Below the pieces are notes generated by a model. It ran no database searches and had not been told where the DNA came from. It was given only the letters and a program-made list of their open reading frames with translations. 64,000 bases of DNA from contig NW_021836148.1 of NCBI RefSeq assembly GCF_006345805.1, positions 62,001-126,000 of the forward strand, read 5' to 3'. Shown here piece after piece: positions 52,615-62,515 of this stretch. Every line of letters begins with the position of its first letter. The first letter of the stretch is position 1. Source of the stretch: Octopus sinensis (Eukaryota). The position numbers and the translations under genes were made by a program.

Positions 52615-52618
<4 letters not shown>
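51684..52618 (-). mobile_element. 5'-truncated Penelope-like element with an inverted terminal segment
   Basis: Inverted repeats of about 125 bp (about 51684-51805 and 52497-52618); minus-strand EHGGSINNIEIKILSTHRTDATIRQITEATHIIENKPSLNRKLEW, a PLE ORF C-terminus. Confidence 0.85.
51806..51846 (-). ncRNA. Minimal hammerhead-like motif, A9C core variant
   Basis: CCA-CTGATGC-G-GTCA(ACAGGAATG)TGAC-GAAA-GAAC-TT/TGG, lying in the 3' UTR of the PLE. Confidence 0.55.
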
Positions 52619-52647
<29 letters not shown>

Positions 52648-52664
52648 ACATATATACATACATG

Positions 52665-53302
52665 GTTGGCATCCTTTTTGTCTCGGGAGACAATGGAGTT
52701 GCGCTTAAAATAGTCTAGTCCGGCTTTTACATTTCCTGTCCTGATACATTTCCTGCTGTGGCTGTGTAGTCCTATCCTGGACAAACACTCCCTCTGGCAG
52801 GTACCGCAAATGTAACGAAGACTGTTCCTGACTGGTTGTAATGCCATAGTTTCTTGTTGACGTCTCTTCTTGTCTTTCCATTTCTCCTCTCTCTCTCTCT
52901 CTCTCTGTCACTCCTTTGTATTCCCTCTTTTACGGTACGTCGCCAATCTCCACGGTTGCCGGCAACTGCCTCCCAACCGCTGATATTGATGTTGCAGGCC
53001 TTCATGTTCCTTTTGCAAACATCCTTGTATAGTAAGAACGGTCTACCCACAGACCTAGTACCCCTAGCAAGCTCCCCGTAGAGTATGTCCTTGGGGATTC
53101 TGCCATCTTTCATACGGCTAACATGCCCAAGTCATCTCATACGTCTTTCTGTGAGGAGTGCAAACATGCTTGGTATTCCTGCTTGCCTGAGGACATCTTT
53201 GTTGGGGATATGATTCTGCCATTTGATGCGGAGGATTTTCCGGAGGCAGCGCAGGTGAAAGATGTTTAGGCGACGCTCTTGGCGTGTGTATAGCATCCAA
53301 GT
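52665..53302 (-). mobile_element. 5'-truncated RTE (BovB/RTE-1-like) LINE
   Basis: RRLNIFHLRCLRKILRIKWQ..IPNKDVL...RWLGHVSRMKDGRIPKDILYGEL..G.RSVGRP.L.YKDVCKR; C-terminal CGTCQRECLSRIGLHSHSRKC; end GTCTCCCGAGACAAAAAGGATGCCAAC. Confidence 0.92.
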
Positions 53303-53554
53303 ATACATATATACATACATATATATATCTATTATCTATCTATCTCTCTCTCTCTATATATATATATAATAATAAATATTAGGGATTAAATCCAAATTTA
53401 CAGGGAAAAATCAGATTTAGGATTGAATCCAATTTTATAGTAAAATATTATATAATATTAATTAGAGACAAAACCACTATTATGCAAATCAAACAAAGAA
53501 AGACTTAATCCAATACATAAAAAATTTTATATAAATTAAATAAAATTAAGTTAT

Positions 53555-53600
53555 CCACTACAATTGTTTCTTGTCACTTCTAAGGACATTCATCAGGTGG
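53555..53600 (-). ncRNA. Mirror copy of the 53649-53694 hammerhead on the minus strand
   Basis: Exact reverse complement of 53649-53694. Confidence 0.75.
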
Positions 53601-53648
53601 TTTTCAGACCTTCTATTCAATTTTAAAATTGAATAGAAGGTCTGAAAA

Positions 53649-53694
53649 CCACCTGATGAATGTCCTTAGAAGTGACAAGAAACAATTGTAGTGG
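53649..53694 (+). ncRNA. Minimal type-I hammerhead ribozyme motif
   Basis: CCAC-CTGATGA-A-TGTC(CTTAGAAGT)GACA-A-GAAA-C-AATT-G-TA/GTGG: intact core, palindromic AATT loop, GUA triplet. Confidence 0.75.
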
Positions 53695-54004
53695 ATAACT
53701 TAATTTTATTTAATTTATATAAAAATTTTTATGTATTGGATTAAGTCTTTCTTTGTTTGATTTGCATAATAGTGGTTTTGTCTCTAATTAATATTATATA
53801 TATATATATTCTGTAAATAATAATAATAGTATTTTATAAGATTTAAGCTTATAAAATACTATTATTAGTATTTACAGAATTGTAAAAGTCGACACTGCTT
53901 AACAAAACCATCTCAGTGAAAGCATACACACACACAAACTGCGCTTCAAATTATTAACATTTTTTATTTTAATTAACAACCACTTGTTGGAATTCAACGA
54001 AATT

Positions 54005-54822
54005 GGATCTTTTCCTTTTGAACGGCATATGTCAACACAATTTCTAGTTAACTAAACACTTTTAAACTTCGTATACTGGTAGAATGTGTTTATAAAACAT
54101 CATTTTTTCTTGGCTTTATTGAGAAAATTCTATACTTTGTAAGATATTTCCACTTTAAAATCGAGCATTTCGGCAATTTTAACCAATCGCTGAAGTCCAT
54201 TTGGGGTTCAAACATTCCGTGCTGTATGAATATGTCCCTCCTTTAAGAAACAGATTGGGTTTTTTTACATTTGCGAAGAAAAAAAGATACCCTTTCCCCA
54301 CCCTAACCCTAAAACCGATTGAAATGCAATAGTTCGATACTAGGGTCATAATTATGGGTGACAATTTCATACGACACCGCTACGGAAAATGGGATTTTTT
54401 TCTAGCGGTGTCTAATGAAAATGTCACCCATAATTATAACCCTAGTATCGATCTATTGCATTTCAATCTGTTTTAGGGTTAGGGTTAGTTAGAGTTAGGG
54501 GTGGGGTTAGGGTTAGGGTTAGGGGTGGAGGAAGGGTATCTTTTTTTCTTCGCAAATGTAAATAAACCCAATCTGTTTCTTAAAGGAGGGACATATTCAT
54601 ACAGCACGGGATGTTTGAACCCCAAATGGACTCCAGCGATTGGTTAAAATTGCCGAAATGCTCGATTTTAAAGTGGAAATATCTTACAAAGTATAGAATG
54701 TTCTCAATAAAGCCAAGAAAAAAATGATGTTTTATAAACACATTCTACCAGTATACGAAGTTTAAAAGTGTTTAGTTAACTAGAAATTGTGTTGACATAT
54801 GCCGTTCAAAAGGAAAAGATCC
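54005..54822. mobile_element. Foldback MITE with GG...CC ends, exact 8-bp TSD and internal TTAGGG repeats (Merlin-like)
   Basis: Arms of about 390 bp with scattered mismatches; ACGAAATT at 53997-54004 and 54823-54830. Confidence 0.88.
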
Positions 54823-54978
54823 ACGAAATTTCCACAGAATGATTGCAATAATTGTATGCGCGTGGTGTGTAAAAACGTGAGCTTTTGCGCAAGTGTAAAC
54901 AAACCGCGGCCATTTGCATGATTTCCAAGAACTTTCAGTGTTCCAAATTATTAACGAGTGGTCGATAATCGTGTAATT

Positions 54979-55532
54979 GTGGGTCGTAAATGTGACCTAA
55001 CTGCCTCAGAGAAATCCGTTATTACTTCTGAACTTGCAAAAGGTAAATCAACATTAGAAATATCTAAAATAATTTGAAGATATCGCCAAACTATGAAGAC
55101 ATTTGTTACAGCTCCTACGAAGATACGCAAGAGATCCGACAAGGGTCAGTCGAGGGCTGTTTCTCAACGTTCTCTGTCACGAATTTAGCGTGAAGCTATA
55201 AAGAAGCCAGGTCTTATAAGTGGAGAACTTTTCAAGCGCATTGGCGAAACAGCTGTGTCCAGAACTACTCGATGTCGTCTCCTGAAAAAAGGTCGATAAA
55301 AGGCCTCCCTTTATACAAACTACACATATAAAATCGTCTGAAATGGGCAGAAGATAACATGAAGGTCAACTTTCCAAAAGTTTTATTTATGAACGAAACT
55401 CATGCGACTCTTGATGGACCTGATAGTTGGAGCATGGACGATATCATTATCAACGCTTGAGACGCCAACGAGGAGCGGGTCGCAACATGATTTGGGCAGG
55501 TATTATTGAAGGCATTATGGCTGATCCTTGGA
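54979..55532 (+). pseudogene. Tc1-superfamily (TRT/DD37E-like) transposase N-terminal remnant
   Basis: GRKCDLTASEKSVI...KRSDKG..R.VS.R...VSRTTRCRLL...RLKWAEDNMKVNF.KVLF..E..ATLDGPDSWS...RLRRQRGAG..MIWAGI; stops and frameshifts; C-terminus missing. Confidence 0.85.
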
Positions 55533-56303
55533 GAGAAAAGAGAGAGAAGAAGGAGGGAAAGTAATAAAATAATAAAAAAATGATAAAATATTTTTTATTA
55601 TTTTATTACTCTTCTTCTCTCTCTTTTTTCTCTTCTCTTTATTCTCTTATCTTTTTTCTCTTTCTTTATTCCTCTCTTCCTGTTTTCGATTTGGCCCAAC
55701 TAATACACTCCCTTAGGTCACTTTAAATAAAAAAACCTTTGACTCTACCACACTGTTTATAAATACTGTACTTGGAATGACCAAGTTTAAATACTGCTGG
55801 ATCTCACTCATAAGGTATTGGTATCTTACATTGTGTATAAACTCTATATTTGGAAGGACCCATTTTAAATTCTGTTGGATTTTACTCATAAGGTATTGGA
55901 ATCTTACATATATACCATTCTGCCTAAAAGACGGATCTACAACTTCAATATCCCTACATATCTTACATCTATTTTCTTTCCTCCACCTCACTCCCTCTTT
56001 TGTATCCTATCTAAACTACTATTACTTAACCATTCTCACACCGTCTCCGATTAACGGATATAATTAATAAATATCCTGGAAACAGCTGTAAGACCTCCTA
56101 TCTATAAATGTTCTAATATCTACACAGCCTTGGTTTTTTTTATCTCATTACCAAAAAATTCTTATATACACACGCTGACATATGACCAACGTTGAACCCC
56201 TTATTCGCAAAATTACCGAACCTGGAACTTCACTATGATCTGTCTATAGCACTTATTCCGCATTACCTAACACCTTTGGGTCTCAATGATACCATTACCT
56301 CCC

Positions 56304-56344
<41 letters not shown>

Positions 56345-56359
56345 GGTGTGTGTGTGTAT

Positions 56360-56698
56360 GGTGAAGGCGCATGGCTCAGTGGTTAGAGCGTCGAGCTTAC
56401 GATCGTGAGGTTGTGAGTTCGAATCCCGGACCGGGCTGCGTGTTGTATTCTTGAGCAAGGCACTTTATTTCACGTTGCTCCAGTTCACTCAGCTGTAGAA
56501 ATGAGTTGCGACGTCACTGGTGCCAAGCTGTATCGACCTATGTCTTTCCCTTGGATAACACTAGTGGCGTGGAGAGGGGAGGCTGGTATGCATGGGCGAC
56601 TGCTGGTCTTCCATAAACAACCTTGCCCGGACTTGTGTCTAGGAGAGTAACTTTCTAGGTGCAATGCCATGGTCATTCATGACCGAAGGGGGTCTTTT
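56360..56698 (+). mobile_element. tRNA-derived SINE family C, full length
   Basis: A box TGGCTCAGTGG, B box GAGTTCGAATCC, core CTTGAGCAAGGCACTT...CACTCAGCTGTAGAAATGAGT. Confidence 0.88.
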
Positions 56699-57041
56699 TT
56701 TTGTTGTGTGTGTATATACAGAGAGAAATGAATTTTAAAATTTCAAAATATCACTACACGAGTTTCAATAGTATAGTTTATTCCCAAATACAAAGTCCTG
56801 TACATAACATATTAGATAACATTACATAACCTCGCAGTGTCCAGAATCAGCAAATTTCTATGTAACTCTGTATGGACCGCTGTGTTCTGATCCGTTGAAT
56901 CCTTGTAATCCTTCATTTCGAAGTAATCTGTTTAGCTACATTCACGGAGATGCTACTAAGTTACTTTTGCCAATATCTATTTTATCTCCTCTGCATAACT
57001 ATAACTGTTTGTCTATACAGATATGTACACACACATACATA

Positions 57042-57208
57042 CAGAGCCGGCTCAAGGTACTGGCAACTCGAGCAGTCGCTCGGGGCGCCATGTGCTAGGG
57101 GGCACCAAAGAGGGCGTGACAAAGACAAGAAAATTTCCACGACCGTCAGCCTTGTACACGCTGAAGTTCAGCTTGCTCGGGGCGCCAGCAACCCTAGGGC
57201 CGACCCTG
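57042..57208. mobile_element. hAT-like MITE (167 bp)
   Basis: CAGAGCCGGCTCAAGG ... CCCTAGGGCCGACCCTG termini; internal direct repeat GCTCGGGGCGCCA; GC-rich island in (TA)n. Confidence 0.75.
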
Positions 57209-57401
57209 TATATATAAAAGACTTTCTCACTTTCCCGAGCATCAAAATAATACACCTGTCTCCTTCTTCTTCTTTTTTGTAAACTTCAACTATATGTGTG
57301 CAAGTACGTAATATATGTGTATATATGTATGTGCGTAAGAGTGCGTACGTATATATTAGTCTACGTGTACATATATATATATACACATACATACATATAT
57401 A

Positions 57402-57458
<57 letters not shown>

Positions 57459-58341
57459 CACTTACATATATATGTATGTATGTGTATGTATAATTACAAA
57501 TAGGTATACACGTATAAATATGTGTATGTGTACTTCTGTAAATGAAATAAACACGTGTATCTTTAGTATATTACAGAAGCTTTATCTCATTTAAGATGTA
57601 TTTATTAAGTCCTTTATGCGAAAGCTGTTTGCTGCGATCTCAGAACACAAGTATATAATCCATATCCAAGATGGAATCACATTTCTCCCCGAGGATAAAC
57701 CTTAAAATGACAAGATATCTTCTTTAATGGAAATTTAATATTCGTTTATGCTAATAACCTCCCATGGCTTTTGGGTTAGAAGTAAAAAACAGGCCCATCA
57801 AAAAATGTGTACTTTCACAGATTTAGTTGCTTTTAATCTGATCAGACTTCTATTGCTATAACTAATATGTGACAGCAAATACCATAGTTTTGAATAGAAC
57901 ACTATTCACATCTTATCAGATTTATCTAGTTACGTGAATATAATTTTCTACCAAGTTTAAATTTCAAACTTTCTCTGATGAGGTGTGTGATTGCAACGGA
58001 TATACAGCTGGAATGTTATTGAATGAATACAAAATAGGTTAGCAGCTGTCATAAATATTTGTTTGTTTTTACATGTGTGCATCCAACTTTGGTATAAAAA
58101 AAAAATATATATATATATAGTTACATGGACAATCATCTTAAATCGTTCAACAGAAGTAAAACAAAAAACATTAAGATATTGAAATTTTAGTTTCGATATA
58201 AATCACGTTTATTAACGAAGGAAGGTGTTTGTGTTATCAACGGATAATTTTTGCAAATACTTTCTAAGAAAGATGGATATTCGCCGTTGTGCTAAATGCC
58301 AAAAGTGCACTAGGCTGCAATTATTGATGCCTAATATACTG

Positions 58342-58372
<31 letters not shown>

Positions 58373-58578
58373 TGTATGTGTGTGTGCAATGTTTCATTAC
58401 GTGTTTCAAGCATATAGCACTTGATAAGAACAGCAGAGTTGAATATTTCGACATAGAAACAGATTGATACTTATACACAGGTTACTTGAAATTTCATGTC
58501 TTTGTAATAATACAACCAGCAAAGCTGTATGCCTTTACCCATCATAAAAAAGTTTCAGGCATTTTAGTTTTTAAACAG

Positions 58579-59270
58579 GGCGTCGAGCTGTCAGAATCGT
58601 AAGCGCGCCGGGCGAAATGCTTAGACGAAAGTCTGCCGTTACGTTCTGAGTTCAAATTCCGCCGAGGTCGACTTTGCCTTTCATCCCTTCGGGACGCACT
58701 GGGGTCGATATAATCGACTTAATCCGTTTGTCTGTACTTGTTTGTCTCCTCTGTGTTTACCCCCTTGTGGGTAGTAAAGAAATAGGTATTTCGTCTGGCA
58801 AAATGCTTAGCGGTGAGCTGGCAGAATCGTTAGCACGCCGGGCGAATCCGTAGCCGCATTTCGTCTGCCGTTACGTTCTGAGTTCAAATTCCGCCGACTT
58901 TGCCTTTCATTCTTTATGCACTGGGGTCGATATAATCGACTTAATCCCTTTGTCTGTCCTTATTTGTCCGCCGACTTTGCCTTTCATCCTTTCGGGGTCG
59001 ATTAGATAAGTAACAGTTACGCACTGGAGTCAATATAATCGACTTAATCCGTTTGTCTGTCCTTGTTTGTCTCCTCTGTGTGTAGCAGTAAAGAAATAGA
59101 TATTTCGCCCGTCGCTACGTTCTGAGTTCAAATTCCGCCGAGGTCGACTTTGCCCTTCATCTTTTTGGAGTGAATAAATTAAGTACCAGCTACGCACTGG
59201 GGATCGATGTAATCGATTACCCGCCTCCTCCAAATTTCAGGCCTTATGCCTACAGTAGAAAGAATTTTAG
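58579..59270 (+). mobile_element. SINE family B multimer (at least 4 rearranged units)
   Basis: Repeated cores; junctions AAAGAAATAG|GTATTTC (58785) and AAAGAAATAG|ATATTTC (59100). Confidence 0.9.
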
Positions 59271-59921
59271 TTTTTACAAGTATTTTTTAAAGCATTCATT
59301 TCTGTTTTATCATTGTGGAAAGCAACACAAATATATGCAATCGCTTAGCACATAGACAAGCATCTATAGATACACCCACATTTCCACATATATATATTTT
59401 ATGTTCGTGCTGCAAATACGTGTAAGTTAATATATGTGCAAAGAACGGAAATTGCCCCATATAATGTATTGGTGTAAGATTATTTGCGAGTGCAATTCGT
59501 CAGGCAGTTGAGGTATGCTCAGATATATTACGCGTGTTTCTTGAAATGTCTGCGTTTTCCGACCTACCTTTTAGATAGTGAATGGTTTCTTGTCGGTTCT
59601 GAAGAATGACACCTTATATAGTTCGTAAAAGATTTCTAATTCTACTATTCCTGCAACGTCTTTAATTTTCAATAATTATTTTGGTGTAATAATTGAGAGT
59701 GTTTCTATTTTATCACTGTATGTAGTCGAATAATTTAGCCACATTTCTTTTCGAAATGCTTAAAACGAAGTAAGATTGTTGTATCTGTATTTGATCTCAC
59801 CTTCTGTCGTATCTATATATCTTTCATTTACCACCTTAAGGTTTGGTTGGTTTGATATTTTTCTATTCTGCATGTAAACGCAGTTTTGTACATTAAGCCT
59901 TTTTGCATTACATTAAATATA

Positions 59922-60096
59922 CGGTAGTACCACGGTTTCGGAACAAGTCTGTCCACGAATAAATCGTGCTTTATCTTTCGTCTTTCTCATATTCATTTAA
60001 TACAGTAGTACTTCGGTTTACGAACGCCTCTGAGTGTGTGTGTGTGTGGCACGATTTATTCGTGGTCAGAGTTATTCGAAAACCGAGGTACTACAG
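59922..60096. mobile_element. pogo/Tigger-like MITE with a nested extra terminus
   Basis: TA|CGGTAGTACCACGGTTTCG ... CGAAAACCGAGGTACTACAG|TA; arms about 50 bp; internal TA|CAGTAGTACTTCGGTTTACGAA at about 60001. Confidence 0.75.
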
Positions 60097-60339
60097 TAGT
60101 TGGCCGGCATTTATCGATGCTTCTTCAATGGCAGTCTTTTGTAGAATTATAACATATATTCTTCATGTCGGTGATCTGCTAAATAGCTTTTCTATATCTA
60201 TATATAATGGGAAAGTATTTATCGATTAAGTTCAAGAAGGTTTTAGTTGTATTAAATTTCATATTTCATAAGGACTGCGTACCGTCGAAAATTTCTTATT
60301 TGTGATTGTCGCATAAAATATGAAACTTTGTTCCTATTA

Positions 60340-60544
60340 CTTCATACATATTTACACACGCGCGCACACACATATATCTGTATGTATATGTGTGAATGCA
60401 TGTATATACATGCGTATGCATATATACATGCATATATAGATATATATGTGCATTTATATGTATATATATGTATAATTATGCATATACATATATATATATA
60501 TACATACTTGCATATATACGTACAGACCTACATACACACACATG

Positions 60545-60578
<34 letters not shown>

Positions 60579-60646
60579 ATATATATATATGTATATGTAT
60601 ATATATATATATGTATATATATATGTATATGTATATATATGTATAG
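60340..60646. repeat. (TA)/(TATATG)/(CA) microsatellite
   Basis: Directly visible. Confidence 0.95.
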
Positions 60647-62056
60647 TCTGTTGTCCCAGTTTTCAAAAAGGGAAACAAGTCCCTTGCAGTGAATTACCGT
60701 CCGATCTCACTCACCTCTCATATCATCAAGGTATTTGAGAGGGTGGTGAGATCTCGAATAACCCAGTTTCTGGAAAGCAACAGACGGCTGATCTCCAACC
60801 AACATGGGTTCCGTAATGGAAGGGACTGCCTAACGCAGCTCCTGCATCACTTTGAGGACATTTTGAGAGCTTTGGGAGAGGGCTCCAACACCGATGTCAT
60901 CTACCTTGATTTCAGTAAGGCCTTCGACAGGGTCGATCACAAGATCCTATTGAAAAAACTATCCAACATTGGTGTCTCTGGAAAGTTACTGAAATGGATT
61001 AAGTGTTTCCTGACAGACAGATCTCAACATGTTGTAGTTGAAGGGGTAAAATCAAGCCCAGCCAAAGTCAGTAGTGGCGTTCCGCAAGGCACTGTGCTGG
61101 GCCCACTTCTTTCCATCATTTACATTAATGACATTAATGACATCATCAAGCACAGCAACATAAAAATCTTTGCAGATGACTCCAAGCTACAGAAGGTCAT
61201 AAATGAGGCGAGTGACCGGGCATGCCTTCAGTCAGATCTACTGGCTGTTATCCAATGGGCAGAAAAAAACAATATGCTGCTGAACGAGGATAAATTTGAG
61301 CTAATCCACTTTGGAAAAGAGGATGCCCTGAAACTCCCATACTCCCTTCCTTCAGGTGAAACTCTCGCGGCGTCCAACAACATCAGAGACTTGGGAGTAA
61401 TTGTGGGCAACAACGTAAGCTGGGCCACTCATATAAACACCAAAGTTGACATGGCCCGCAGAATGTGTTCCTGGATTCTCAGAACTTTCCAGTCGAGAGA
61501 TATCCACACCATTATCCTTCTCTTCTCCACTTTTGCCCGACCCCACCTTGAATACTGTTGTCCACTGTGGTCTCCCCACACAATACAAGGTATCATAAAA
61601 GTTGAAGCACCTCAAAGGGCAATCACAAAAAAGATAGATGGCATGACAGGCCTCGACTATTGGGGTCGGCTAGAAAAGCTAAAACTCTATTCTCTCCAAC
61701 GTCGTCGTGAGCGCTACATCATCTGCATGATGTGGAAAATATTCCATCAGCATTGCCCAAATGATGTTGGCATCACCTTTAAGGTACATCCAAGGCTTGG
61801 GCCCCGTGCCATCCGCCCAAAACAAAAATCGCACTCTCATCTCATAACAACAATACGGCACAATTATTTCACCTCAATTGGCCCCGCTCTCTTTAACATT
61901 ACACCAAAACACATTAAAACAGAAACTGACCCTATAGGGTTCAAGAAGTCTTTGGACAGATTCCTTCAAGAAATCCCGGATAAACCCCCTACACCCGGAT
62001 ATGTCTCTGTAAACAATAACTCTCTACTTGAGTGGGCCATAGTGCCCAAATTCTGA
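60647..62056 (+). CDS. LINE ORF2 reverse transcriptase domain to C-terminus (5'-truncated; about 469 codons with no stop)
   Basis: [23 protein letters not shown]...QHGFR...YLDFSKAFD...[12 protein letters not shown]...FADDSK...[13 protein letters not shown]; no native start, so probably not expressed as a gene. Confidence 0.85.
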   Translation, partial: SVVPVFKKGNKSLAVNYRPISLTSHIIKVFERVVRSRITQFLESNRRLISNQHGFRNGRDCLTQLLHHFEDILRALGEGSNTDVIYLDFSKAFDRVDHKILLKKLSNIGVSGKLLKWIKCFLTDRSQHVVVEGVKSSPAKVSSGVPQGTVLGPLLSIIYINDINDIIKHSNIKIFADDSKLQKVINEASDRACLQSDLLAVIQWAEKNNMLLNEDKFELIHFGKEDALKLPYSLPSGETLAASNNIRDLGVIVGNNVSWATHINTKVDMARRMCSWILRTFQSRDIHTIILLFSTFARPHLEYCCPLWSPHTIQGIIKVEAPQRAITKKIDGMTGLDYWGRLEKLKLYSLQRRRERYIICMMWKIFHQHCPNDVGITFKVHPRLGPRAIRPKQKSHSHLITTIRHNYFTSIGPALFNITPKHIKTETDPIGFKKSLDRFLQEIPDKPPTPGYVSVNNNSLLEWAIVPKF

Positions 62057-62150
62057 CTTGAAAGACTTCACCAGGTGGTGCTATTAAGTTAGACATGGCC
62101 TGGGCCAATAATGGCCGAAACCTATCAAAGTATCAAAGTATCAAAGTAAG
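60647..62150 (+). mobile_element. 5'-truncated young CR1-group LINE
   Basis: Uninterrupted RT-containing frame, short 3' UTR, (TATCAAAG)x3 tail. Confidence 0.95.
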
Positions 62151-62515
62151 TATATGTATATGTATATATATGTATATGTATATATATGTATATATATATG
62201 TATATGTATATATATGTATATATAATGTATATATATATATATGTATATATATGTATATATATATGTATATGTATATGTATATGATATGTATATATATATG
62301 TATATATATATGTATATGTATATATATATGTATATATATGTATATGTATATATATATGTATTATATATGTATATATATATGTATATATATATGTGTATAT
62401 ATATGTGTGTATATATATGTGTGTATATATATGTGTGTATATATATAGTGTATATATATATATGTATGTGTGTAATATATGTGTATATATATGTATATAT
62501 ATATATATACATACG
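62150..62515. repeat. (TATATG)/(TA) microsatellite
   Basis: Directly visible. Confidence 0.95.

Larger units (their letters stand above)
53449..53800. repeat. Spacer-less 352-bp palindrome (176-bp arms, one mismatch), PLE-terminus-like
   Basis: Centre between 53624 and 53625; compared base by base. Confidence 0.95.

Noticed and set aside
54473-54527. True telomere or chromosome-fusion site
   Set aside because: Short, and internal to a TSD-flanked foldback element
56360-56437. tRNA gene
   Set aside because: A and B boxes are present, but the sequence runs into a SINE core and tail and I cannot fold a proper acceptor stem; the same applies to the heads at 6900, 15100, 46390 and 48265
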